Of a stretch of 64,000 bases of DNA, positions 45,960-53,496 are shown one piece after another. Position 1 is the stretch's first letter, and every line of letters starts with the position of its first letter. Source of the stretch: a virus (taxonomy: Duplodnaviria > Caudoviricetes); the IMG/VR virus record IMGVR_UViG_3300005683_000068, positions 10,218-74,217 of that record. One strand, written 5' to 3'. A model generated the notes under the pieces. It made no database searches and was not told the origin of the DNA. It saw only the letters and a list, made by a program, of their open reading frames with translations. Made by a program: the position numbers and the translations under genes.

Positions 45960-46236
45960 ACCATGCACACTATGAACTGTTGCTTGTGGATCGTCATCCA
46001 CTTGCTGGAGGCTTTCCAGATTGACTAGATTAACATGCCGTTGAACATTCCACTTGATGTTTCAGCAAAACTAATCAGAGCCATCGCTCTAACCCTTACT
46101 GGACGGGCGTTATGATAAGTACACCTCCGATCAATCTTCTAATATGTAGTTATCTAACCCGACGGCATTGTGTTATTCTGTTGAAGTGGCAACAGGATAA
46201 CTATTTCTGGCAACCGTCCACCAGTCTTTATTCCTG
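45960..46236 (-). ncRNA. Candidate multi-helix structured ncRNA
   Basis: ORF-free 277 nt with at least 7 complementary pairs, including long-range and crossing ones. Confidence 0.5.
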
Positions 46237-46854
46237 CTAGCCTTTAACCCACAATTCCGGGCAATCAGACCATTCAGGAACAAGTAACGAACGCTTCCTT
46301 GTATATCCAAGAAGTAACTTCTTGATTGGTTGAACCAAGGAGTTGCTCATTGTAGAGATTTTGAAGTATTTACCGAAGCACCGTTGCATTTCTGCATATG
46401 CCTTGTCTCTTCCTTCATAAGTCAGCATCCTATCCAGGAATAAGGCGAAGTATTCCCTGTGTTGTTTTGTGTTGTCGATTGATACCTCAAAGAACCTACG
46501 GAACTTCTGGATGTTTCCGATGCAGACAACATTGCTGTACTCGCGTGCTGCATCCAAAGCATCAGAAGTATCCCCATGAATCTTCCCGGTATCGAAAACA
46601 ACCTGACGGTTCCACCAAGCACATTCGTATCGTGCCTCCCGTGGGAGATACAATTCCTTGGTCCTAGCCCATTGGATACTTTCAGTGTGCCCAGAGCCAA
46701 GACTGGAGAAATGGAACCAGGACCGGATACGTTTGCCCCAGTCATAAATTTTTCCGAGTCCCCATTGGAGTCGGGATTCAGTTGATCCGCCACCTTGGCT
46801 CGTCGGATCATCGTCAATGTGATACTGAACAGTGGAATGGAACGGCTCGCACAT
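46237..46854 (-). CDS. Hypothetical protein (205 aa)
   Basis: Long ORF with AAGGAG RBS; no motif recognised. Confidence 0.55.
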   Translation of the reverse strand: MCEPFHSTVQYHIDDDPTSQGGGSTESRLQWGLGKIYDWGKRIRSWFHFSSLGSGHTESIQWARTKELYLPREARYECAWWNRQVVFDTGKIHGDTSDALDAAREYSNVVCIGNIQKFRRFFEVSIDNTKQHREYFALFLDRMLTYEGRDKAYAEMQRCFGKYFKISTMSNSLVQPIKKLLLGYTRKRSLLVPEWSDCPELWVKG

Positions 46855-46894
46855 TGTCTAAGCTCCTTTCGCGAATTGAAACAAAAAACACAAT

Positions 46895-46968
46895 AGGGAC
46901 CGGTAGGGCTTGAACCTACAACCAAAGGATTATTAGTCCTCTGCTCTAACCAATTGAGCTACGGTCCC
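46895..46968 (-). tRNA. tRNA with AAU anticodon (nominally Ile), no encoded CCA
   Basis: Full cloverleaf GGGACCG...CGGTCCC, D-loop GG, anticodon arm GAGGA-CT[AAT]AA-TCCTT, T-loop TTCAAGC. Confidence 0.9.
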
Positions 46969-47015
46969 TAGAGGTCAGTCCAGTTCAACCGTGGCCAGCG
47001 GTATCATTTTCGGTT

Positions 47016-47255
47016 TCATTGCCATTTTTCCTTCTTGATGGGAAGACGCAAATCATCACAAATACAGGCAAGGATGTTACTCGCCTTCTCATAACTATCA
47101 TCTTTGTTGTCCAAGAACTCATGTGCTAATGCCAAGCACATATCATCCAGCAATTGATAGAGTTCCTTGGTAGCAACAGATTTGAGTTTGGAACCATAAG
47201 CTAGTTCCAAACCCTTGTGAAATGCAAAGGCTACTTGTTTGGTTGTGCAGTGCAT
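47016..47255 (-). CDS. Hypothetical protein
   Basis: MHCTTKQ...; start uncertain. Confidence 0.5.
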   Translation of the reverse strand: MHCTTKQVAFAFHKGLELAYGSKLKSVATKELYQLLDDMCLALAHEFLDNKDDSYEKASNILACICDDLRLPIKKEKWQ

Positions 47256-47419
47256 CCTGTATCTCCACATCGTAAGTCAGCCAATAATTCCTTAGCCATT
47301 TGGGCTATGCGATACTTCCGGTCCACTGTCCAATACGGATTCTCGCACAGTGCTATGATCTTTAGCGGCTTTTGTTGTGGAGACTCCTCTGTAGGGGTTC
47401 CAACGAAGTGGAGTGTCAT
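47231..47419 (-). CDS. Hypothetical protein (62 aa)
   Basis: AAAGGA RBS before MTLHFVG...; overlaps the 3' end of the upstream ORF. Confidence 0.4.
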   Translation of the reverse strand: MTLHFVGTPTEESPQQKPLKIIALCENPYWTVDRKYRIAQMAKELLADLRCGDTGCTAQPNK

Positions 47420-47780
47420 GTTCTTCCTTTGGTAAGAGAATAAGGGACTCACAACTGATCCTGGTCTTGTACAGTTTGCCGTTTAGGGTCACGACAACCT
47501 TGAGAGCGGCTCCATAGCCATTACCTTGATCGGACTGCTCACAAGCTGTTCCTTCTAAACCATGAAGTTCTGCACAATAATGATTGTTCCTGATTTTGAT
47601 AGGATCGCCTGGTTTAATCATCCAAAAACTCAATCCATTGAACTTCTTATAAACCTCCTTTGGTTTACCTTTGTAGGCATCCAATTCCAAGCAATCACAA
47701 TCGCCGCAGTGTGTACCATTAGCATCAGTAATGATATTTGCACTACGGCATTCTTTGCAACAGATGGTCCACTTCTTCAT
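47292..47780 (-). CDS. Zinc-ribbon + SH3-like hypothetical protein
   Basis: CKEC...CGDC then 'IKPGDPIKI...GLEGT'; AAGGAG RBS. Confidence 0.55.
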   Translation of the reverse strand: MKKWTICCKECRSANIITDANGTHCGDCDCLELDAYKGKPKEVYKKFNGLSFWMIKPGDPIKIRNNHYCAELHGLEGTACEQSDQGNGYGAALKVVVTLNGKLYKTRISCESLILLPKEEHDTPLRWNPYRGVSTTKAAKDHSTVRESVLDSGPEVSHSPNG

Positions 47781-47790
47781 TTGTAGCTCC

Positions 47791-48120
47791 TTAGAAAATA
47801 ACATCGCCTGGTTTCCAATCTCTATTCAACATGCCATCAAGTATGGCATGGACATCTTTTTTGGTAAGTCCTACCCACTTCTTATAATCTTTAAGGAAGG
47901 CTTGATTATGATAAGTGGGTCCAGTCCGAGCATCCTCAATGGCAAGGGAAATGTAAGACACACCAACAGCCAGTAATTGAATCTCAGTCTGCCCAAGATA
48001 TTTGTATGTCTTGGATTTGACCTTTGGACGAGCGAATTTCTTTCTGATCGACAAAGGTAATTCCAACAACAACCCAAGCAACTTGGGTTCGGTCATACAA
48101 GTTATCATTTTAGCTTCCAT
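47791..48120 (-). CDS. Hypothetical protein
   Basis: Clean ORF in the early operon. Confidence 0.5.
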   Translation of the reverse strand: MEAKMITCMTEPKLLGLLLELPLSIRKKFARPKVKSKTYKYLGQTEIQLLAVGVSYISLAIEDARTGPTYHNQAFLKDYKKWVGLTKKDVHAILDGMLNRDWKPGDVIF

Positions 48121-49175
48121 CCTTTCTCAGTTTTGAGAATGTAATCCTGGAAATACAGGCTCTTGAGGTGCTTCTTGCATTCAAGTCCACACTCCTGCTG
48201 TACCATTTCAGTAGTCACAACAGCTTTGTGTGATCCAGAGAGTTTAACCAAAGCAGCGTTGATCTTGCCCTGGTCACTATCAATCAAGTCTCCAAACTGA
48301 TCAAACAACACTCGTTTCTTCTTGGTTGGTTTTGTCTCTTTCTCTTTGGGTTTGTCCACTTGTGATAGCGGAACACCATCAATGAGTGGTTCCATCTTCC
48401 GATGCAGTTTCACAGCCTCTTTGAGAATACGAATTGTTACCATTGACTCATCAATGCCGTACCTATCCAATTCAAACTTGGTTGGGTCCTTACCAAGTAA
48501 TTTGATGTACTTGGGCAGCTTGCTGAAGATGATGGGTGAGACTTCAAGCTGTTTGGCCAAGTTGGCAAGACGGTCAGCCAATCCCATTTCTCCAGGACCT
48601 AAAGGGTCTTGTTTCTCCTCTTTCTTGGTGATCGGTTTTTCCAATTCCTTTTGAACTCCATTGCTACTCATAAAAGACTTGTAGAGATTGGTATAGGACC
48701 GCTGTTCCTTAGCAGCATGATCCCGTGCTGATTTGAGCAGTGCTTCATATTGCTTATTGGACAACTTGTCATAATGACCAACAAGATGACCAACTCGGAT
48801 ATGATGGTCAGCATTGTCCCGTGAGTACATCACAATGACAAAGTTACTCCATTCCTCTGTGCCATCACTGTATTTGATGAACCAGCGTGGTAAGGTGTGC
48901 TCACTGGGCTTCTTCATTCGCAAGTCAACAATGGTTTTAGTCTTGTCTGTAACCCATGTGAAATACCCATTGCGTTGTTCCTTGCGAAGTTTCTTCGCTG
49001 CCTTCTTAGCTTTGGCTTCTGCCTTCTTAGCTTTGGCTTCTGCCTTCAAGTCCTTCTCAGTAACCTCAACAGCATGAGCAGAGTCTCCGATTGCTTGCAG
49101 TTTGGGTACATGATCTTTGGGGACCGGATCCACTGGGAACACCTCGGCAAGCGTCGGCTTGGTTTTCTTTGTCAT
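48105..49175 (-). CDS. Lys-rich early protein with C-terminal winged-helix module
   Basis: AEAKAKK repeats; C-terminus similar to that of the 35315-36082 protein. Confidence 0.65.
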   Translation of the reverse strand: MTKKTKPTLAEVFPVDPVPKDHVPKLQAIGDSAHAVEVTEKDLKAEAKAKKAEAKAKKAAKKLRKEQRNGYFTWVTDKTKTIVDLRMKKPSEHTLPRWFIKYSDGTEEWSNFVIVMYSRDNADHHIRVGHLVGHYDKLSNKQYEALLKSARDHAAKEQRSYTNLYKSFMSSNGVQKELEKPITKKEEKQDPLGPGEMGLADRLANLAKQLEVSPIIFSKLPKYIKLLGKDPTKFELDRYGIDESMVTIRILKEAVKLHRKMEPLIDGVPLSQVDKPKEKETKPTKKKRVLFDQFGDLIDSDQGKINAALVKLSGSHKAVVTTEMVQQECGLECKKHLKSLYFQDYILKTEKGWKLK

Positions 49176-49192
49176 GGTACTGATCCTCTTGG

Positions 49193-49408
49193 TTAGTGAC
49201 AAACCTTGCGAGTAATTTCGTCAGCAATTGCATTGCGACAAGCAACGCAAAACGGTGAGTCGATTGTCTCACCCATACGAGACATAACATGGTTTGGTCT
49301 TGGCAGGAGTGCTTGGCACTCTAAACAAGTCCCTTTATAAATGGCTTCTTGTGCCAGTCGCTTGTTTTGTTCCCTTGCACGTTGCAAGTATTCTTCAGCA
49401 ATGCTCAT
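49193..49408 (-). CDS. TraR/DksA-like C4 zinc-finger protein
   Basis: Helical 'AEEYLQRARE' followed by CLEC...CVAC. Confidence 0.55.
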   Translation of the reverse strand: MSIAEEYLQRAREQNKRLAQEAIYKGTCLECQALLPRPNHVMSRMGETIDSPFCVACRNAIADEITRKVCH

Positions 49409-49482
49409 TTTCTATCCCTTTGAGTAGAACAACCAATGCCCGTCAAAGTGACGGGCAGCCTCTTCTCTGTTCCATTCCAAAA

Positions 49483-49614
49483 ACCCGGACGATGCTCAGC
49501 AAAAGCCTGCTCGTTCGTGATTGTGTTTGACTTGTTGATCCCCAAGAGACATGCTCTCTTTCACAACAAGTCAGGAACACTAGGCGTCAAAAGGCTACAC
49601 CTCACGCCGGGTCT
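49483..49614 (-). ncRNA. Candidate structured RNA in an ORF-free gap
   Basis: 10 bp TGACTTGTTG/CAACAAGTCA stem extended by GTGTT/AACAC; GGCGT/ACGCC hairpin whose loop AGCCT can pair with downstream AGGCT. Confidence 0.45.
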
Positions 49615-49659
49615 GGCACTGACTATTCAAAGAAGATGCTCCTTGCAAACGGCACTTGA

Positions 49660-49911
49660 TTACAACGGATATACTGCCCGCTCAAGTCCCTCCGCATGGG
49701 CAGTTGTGAGAAGGGCAAGCACATCAGCATCAAACTGATTGCGATGCGGGGTCCAGTTTTTGATGACGTGCTTGAGCAAGTCCAAGTCGTCAAGCTGCTC
49801 GTCCTGTGAACGCTCACATGCCCCGGTAACAGTCATGTGGACGTCCAAGGCAATCTGCAACACAGATCGTCCTTTGGCTTGATCCACCCACCAATCTGGT
49901 CTGTAACTCAT
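49660..49911 (-). CDS. Hypothetical protein
   Basis: GGAG RBS; clean ORF. Confidence 0.55.
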   Translation of the reverse strand: MSYRPDWWVDQAKGRSVLQIALDVHMTVTGACERSQDEQLDDLDLLKHVIKNWTPHRNQFDADVLALLTTAHAEGLERAVYPL

Positions 49912-49925
49912 TTTTCAAATCTCCC

Positions 49926-50783
49926 CTATTGAACTTGGAATACCCCAGCCAATTGCGTGCGGACCCACTGAATCGCAGCAGTTTTGTTCCACACTTCCTT
50001 ACACACCAAGACGTTCTTGTCCTGGGAAATGTAAGGGACGATTCGATCAAAGCCTGTCACAACACCCAAGCCTGTAACGGGCGGTGAGTTGCTTACGCAA
50101 TACGTTCCGAAGAACATAGTGCGATAACACCAGCCGCTCACACCATTGATCAACGTGCTAACATCAAGTGGATCACCGGCACACTTGTAACGTACAGCAG
50201 CCCCAAAAGACCTGCCATTGTGAAATGCCCTGAGGCAATGAGTAGCGGCCCACAATTCAACTCTGTAGCCGGCCCTTTCAAGCAACTCAGTAAGCAGCAC
50301 TGCCGCCGCTCCACGCCACAAAATTTTATCATGGTTCACGAAGGCGGATGTGGAAATATCTGTAATGATCGTTACACTAACTGGGCCTGGACGTGTTTCT
50401 CTGTAAGAGTCTTCCAAGTAAGCCTGTCCGCGTAGCAAGCGATCGATGTTGAGTTCGTCGCCTCGATCTTCACTCCATCGTCTTTGACGTTTGATCGCTT
50501 TGGGTTGTGGCAGTTTCTCATCCCGCAATTCGTTCATCATGGACTCATAAATCTTGAGTCCATTTTCCCAAGCCTCACCAAGTGCTTGGGATACATCATT
50601 CCATGTGTTGAAACGACGGCCAATGAAACCTTCACGCTGAATAACACGAGGCTCCCAAGCCTGATAAGTCGATGAGCAGCCTTTGTGTTTCAGCACATTA
50701 GCCAGCACGTCCGTCGATTGTTCATTCTGCGAGTCAAAGCGGTAGAACTCAGTGTTGATGTCCGGGAGATATTCAAAGTACAT
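49926..50783 (-). CDS. VWA/CobT-like partner of the MoxR ATPase
   Basis: 'GDELNIDRLLRG' and 'DISTSAFV' MIDAS-like motif; follows the AAA+ gene. Confidence 0.6.
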   Translation of the reverse strand: MYFEYLPDINTEFYRFDSQNEQSTDVLANVLKHKGCSSTYQAWEPRVIQREGFIGRRFNTWNDVSQALGEAWENGLKIYESMMNELRDEKLPQPKAIKRQRRWSEDRGDELNIDRLLRGQAYLEDSYRETRPGPVSVTIITDISTSAFVNHDKILWRGAAAVLLTELLERAGYRVELWAATHCLRAFHNGRSFGAAVRYKCAGDPLDVSTLINGVSGWCYRTMFFGTYCVSNSPPVTGLGVVTGFDRIVPYISQDKNVLVCKEVWNKTAAIQWVRTQLAGVFQVQ

Positions 50784-50819
50784 GATCTAGCTCCTTTTGG
50801 TTGAAATGAGAAAACAGAC

Positions 50820-52190
50820 CTAGCAGCCACTCTTGACCTTGCGAACCTCGTCCTCCCGCCAACCAGCAAACAGCATCTTCTCAACGTAGTCCATGTCCTT
50901 GCCATGCTGAGTCCAGTTGAACGCCCTCTTGATGAATCGCGTTCCGATAGTCCGCTCCACGCGATTCTTGTACAAGTTATCGCGATAGGAGTGCAGCTTG
51001 TTGACCCCTTCTTCCCAGCCAGGGCACAAAGCGAGTTCCAGCCCCTTGTCATAGTCCATTGCGATTTGGACAAAGCGGTCGATAAACGCACCGTCAAGTT
51101 GATTCCGTCCGCAGTATTGACGGTCAGAGCCATTGCCCCAAGTGTTTGCCGCAGCCATCGCATAGAAGTCCTTGTGCCTCTTGGCAATAGGCTTCTTGGG
51201 TCGATCAATCGGCAACTCGCCATCTTCCAAGCCACCATTGAGACTCAGCAGCACATTGGGATCGGCGGCATCTACTTCGTCCCATAGAAACAATCCACCG
51301 CCCTCCCACAAGTCAACGCAAAGCGTTGATTGGTAATGATGTGTCCCCTTGGTGATGTTTGGACTGACACGACCAAAAATTTTGCCCTCAGTGACCCCAC
51401 CGCTGAGACTCATCATCCCACAAGGAACACCAAGTACACGGGCAGCTTGTTTAGCCAAATATGTCTTGCCGCATCCCTTGGGGCCGACTAGCATCACATT
51501 GTCTCCAACCCTCAAATGGAACAGGACTTGCTCCATAATGGGATGCGTACGCTCCTCAAACACCTCGTCCTTCTTGCCGGGTTCCTTGATGACAAGTTCA
51601 ACCCGCCGAGCCTCATCCAAGTGCTTGATCTTGTTGTTGAGAGCAACCACAGTTGCTTCCAGTTCATCCAACTTGGACTGCAAAGCCTTGTTGGACGCAT
51701 CCCTGTCACTGTCCCCTTTCGGCTCCTTGCTGTCATCACCAAACTCCAGTTCGTAATTCTGGATCAGGTGTTTGATGACAGCAACTTTGCCAGCCGGATC
51801 AAACCGCCACTTCTGTTTTTCAGGTTCCCAAACACCACCAGCAGCGGATAGCGCTGCACGATGTTCGTAAGTGTTACCAGTAACATAAGCCACGCCGATG
51901 TCTTTCGAGTAGGCCACAAACAAGGGCTTCTGTTGTTGTTGCCGTGCAGTCGCCATCGGGTTGTCCTTGTTGTACTCCTTGTTGATCAACTTCCAGAGAT
52001 ACTTCTTGTGCCCACGACGTTCCAGGACCCCACGAGCTGTCAGCAGTTTAAGCACACTGCGATACTGCTCTCGCTGCGGATTGGACCAATCCAAACCCAG
52101 AGCGGTGAAAACCTCTTCGGTTGATCGGAAGCAGTATGTGTTCTGTTCCAAGTATTCGCAAGCCTTAATTGCAAAGTCACGGCGGTTCAT
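50820..52190 (-). CDS. MoxR/CobS-like AAA+ ATPase with N-terminal extra domains
   Basis: 'VGPKGCGKT', 'LWDEVDAAD', 'AANTWGNG', 'NQLDGAFIDRF'; possible internal start at MATARQ. Confidence 0.88.
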   Translation of the reverse strand: MNRRDFAIKACEYLEQNTYCFRSTEEVFTALGLDWSNPQREQYRSVLKLLTARGVLERRGHKKYLWKLINKEYNKDNPMATARQQQQKPLFVAYSKDIGVAYVTGNTYEHRAALSAAGGVWEPEKQKWRFDPAGKVAVIKHLIQNYELEFGDDSKEPKGDSDRDASNKALQSKLDELEATVVALNNKIKHLDEARRVELVIKEPGKKDEVFEERTHPIMEQVLFHLRVGDNVMLVGPKGCGKTYLAKQAARVLGVPCGMMSLSGGVTEGKIFGRVSPNITKGTHHYQSTLCVDLWEGGGLFLWDEVDAADPNVLLSLNGGLEDGELPIDRPKKPIAKRHKDFYAMAAANTWGNGSDRQYCGRNQLDGAFIDRFVQIAMDYDKGLELALCPGWEEGVNKLHSYRDNLYKNRVERTIGTRFIKRAFNWTQHGKDMDYVEKMLFAGWREDEVRKVKSGC

Positions 52191-52220
52191 CTTGTCATCC
52201 TTTTGTTAAGCGTTGAAATC

Positions 52221-52245
52221 AAAAATGACCCCAAGTTTGGGGCCA
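52221..52245 (-). terminator. Rho-independent terminator-like hairpin
   Basis: GGCCCCAA-AC-TTGGGGTC followed by ATTTTTG on the minus strand. Confidence 0.6.
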
Positions 52246-52271
52246 GCCTCTTCTCTGTCCCGAATGTTCAT

Positions 52272-52481
52272 CTAGTGCGGCCCACCAGCATCCCGTTTGT
52301 TGCTGGGGGTTTCAAACTCACAGCCTTCTGGAAGTCCAAAGTGCTCAGACTTCAAAGTCCACCCTCCCTTGCCACCCCTTTCAAACAGCATGGACTCTTC
52401 CAACCCCCGATGGTAAATCAGCATCCAATCATCATCTTCACTGAAACTAACTTCGCATGATTTGCAAATGATGAATTTCAT
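52272..52481 (-). CDS. Small early protein
   Basis: GGGAG RBS; CxxC. Confidence 0.55.
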   Translation of the reverse strand: MKFIICKSCEVSFSEDDDWMLIYHRGLEESMLFERGGKGGWTLKSEHFGLPEGCEFETPSNKRDAGGPH

Positions 52482-52543
52482 AACGGACTCCCTTTTGAAA
52501 CATGGCTTGAATCGTCAGCACCCAAGTAGCCAACTTGGAATGT

Positions 52544-52877
52544 ATGCTGTGCTTTTGTTTTGGGGCGGCGGGTTGCGGGTTGACTAAAACACTTTCAAAA
52601 TCTGTTCAGGGCTGTCCAATTGGACATACTCATACTGAGGAAGACCAATACATAACCAGGAATAGCTATCGCCAAGATTTGGCACAAACTGTACCAGTTG
52701 CGGTTCAGTATCAGTCCACCCAACCAATCCGAACTTGCCGCGTAGCTTTTTGACCATCTTCTTGGTGAAGGTCTTTTGATCGGCAAACGGCTGATCAAGA
52801 ACGATTGTCTTGTTGAGGTTCAACTTTTTCATGTTTCATTCCTTTTGTAAAACCGCCCCAAAACAAAAGCACAGCAT
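52544..52877. repeat. 25 bp perfect inverted repeat (ATGCTGTGCTTTTGTTTTGGGGCGG) at 52544-52568 and 52853-52877
   Basis: Read directly; encloses 284 bp containing one whole ORF. Confidence 0.92.
52584..52832 (-). CDS. First early gene, 82 aa hypothetical
   Basis: AAAGGA RBS; lies between the inverted repeats. Confidence 0.7.
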   Translation of the reverse strand: MKKLNLNKTIVLDQPFADQKTFTKKMVKKLRGKFGLVGWTDTEPQLVQFVPNLGDSYSWLCIGLPQYEYVQLDSPEQILKVF

Positions 52878-53340
52878 TTCATCTCTGTTGTTTCAAATTG
52901 TGATGCAATGGGGCATTGCGTGTACGCTTCACAGCGTTCAAAGAATCATATTCCGTGTATGGTCTTCACCGTCCGGCTTTCGTCTAACTCACTCCCCATG
53001 CCACACAGCACTAGCGGTACTTGTTTCCCAAAAGGTACTTGTTTCCCAGCGTGCCCTTTAAGATCGCGTCATACGCTTCACAGCGTTTCATTGCGATCCT
53101 GCATCCGCTGTCTGCCGCTTAGCTTGCGGTCTTACTTCTGCGGTGGATCGGGAGGGTGTGAGCATCAAGACTTGATTCTCGCCCCATTGCTTGCAGCCTT
53201 CAATCCGCTGCCGATACACTTGCGGTTCCCTTTGCCCCCTGTCCTTGTGCTGTCATCACGACGCTGGACCTGCGGGACGTGGTCGCCTCGACCAAGTGAT
53301 TGTCGCATCTCGTTGCGACTGACGAACTGGATTGCGAATG
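52878..53340 (-). ncRNA. Long structured 5' leader of the early transcript
   Basis: No credible ORF; two identical ACGCT-GTGA-AGCGT hairpins, a 15 bp direct repeat and several short stems. Confidence 0.5.
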
Positions 53341-53350
53341 AACTTCGTTC

Positions 53351-53379
53351 ATTTTAGACACCGTTACATACGTTGTCAA
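53351..53379 (-). promoter_or_regulatory. Consensus sigma70 early promoter
   Basis: TTGACA (53379-53374), 17 bp, TAAAAT (53356-53351); an AATGAAC-n3-GTTCATT dyad overlaps the -10/+1 region. Confidence 0.85.
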
Positions 53380-53447
53380 GTACGTAAACGTTAGAAATGT
53401 TGCGTGTTGTTTGTACAGTAGTTCTCAATCTGCACCTGTTTTGTAGC

Positions 53448-53475
53448 AATTTGCCGTGAAACACCCGGCAAAATT
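53448..53475. terminator. Hairpin at the end of the tail module
   Basis: AATTTGCCG / CGGCAAAATT; U-tract poor. Confidence 0.35.
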
Positions 53476-53496
53476 AAGAACTCTTTAAGAAGTGTT

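Noticed and set aside
45902-46236. tmRNA, RNase P RNA or group I intron
   Set aside because: No G3:U70 alanine acceptor with GGGG 5' end or tag frame, no GAGGAAAGUCC, and no P7 core motifs found by eye.
47231-47419. Programmed overlap or frameshift between the 47.2-47.8 kb ORFs
   Set aside because: Short overlaps among small early ORFs with no slippery site; cannot tell which frame is real.
52544-52877. IS or MITE interpretation of the inverted repeats
   Set aside because: No target-site duplication and no transposase in the window; kept only as an unexplained inverted repeat.
52878-53340. CsrB-like sponge for the phage CsrA
   Set aside because: GGA trinucleotides are present but not clearly above chance, and are not consistently in hairpin loops.
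52908-53357. 149 aa plus-strand ORF in the leader
   Set aside because: Antisense to a strong promoter, no RBS, and atypical Cys/Arg/Pro-rich composition.
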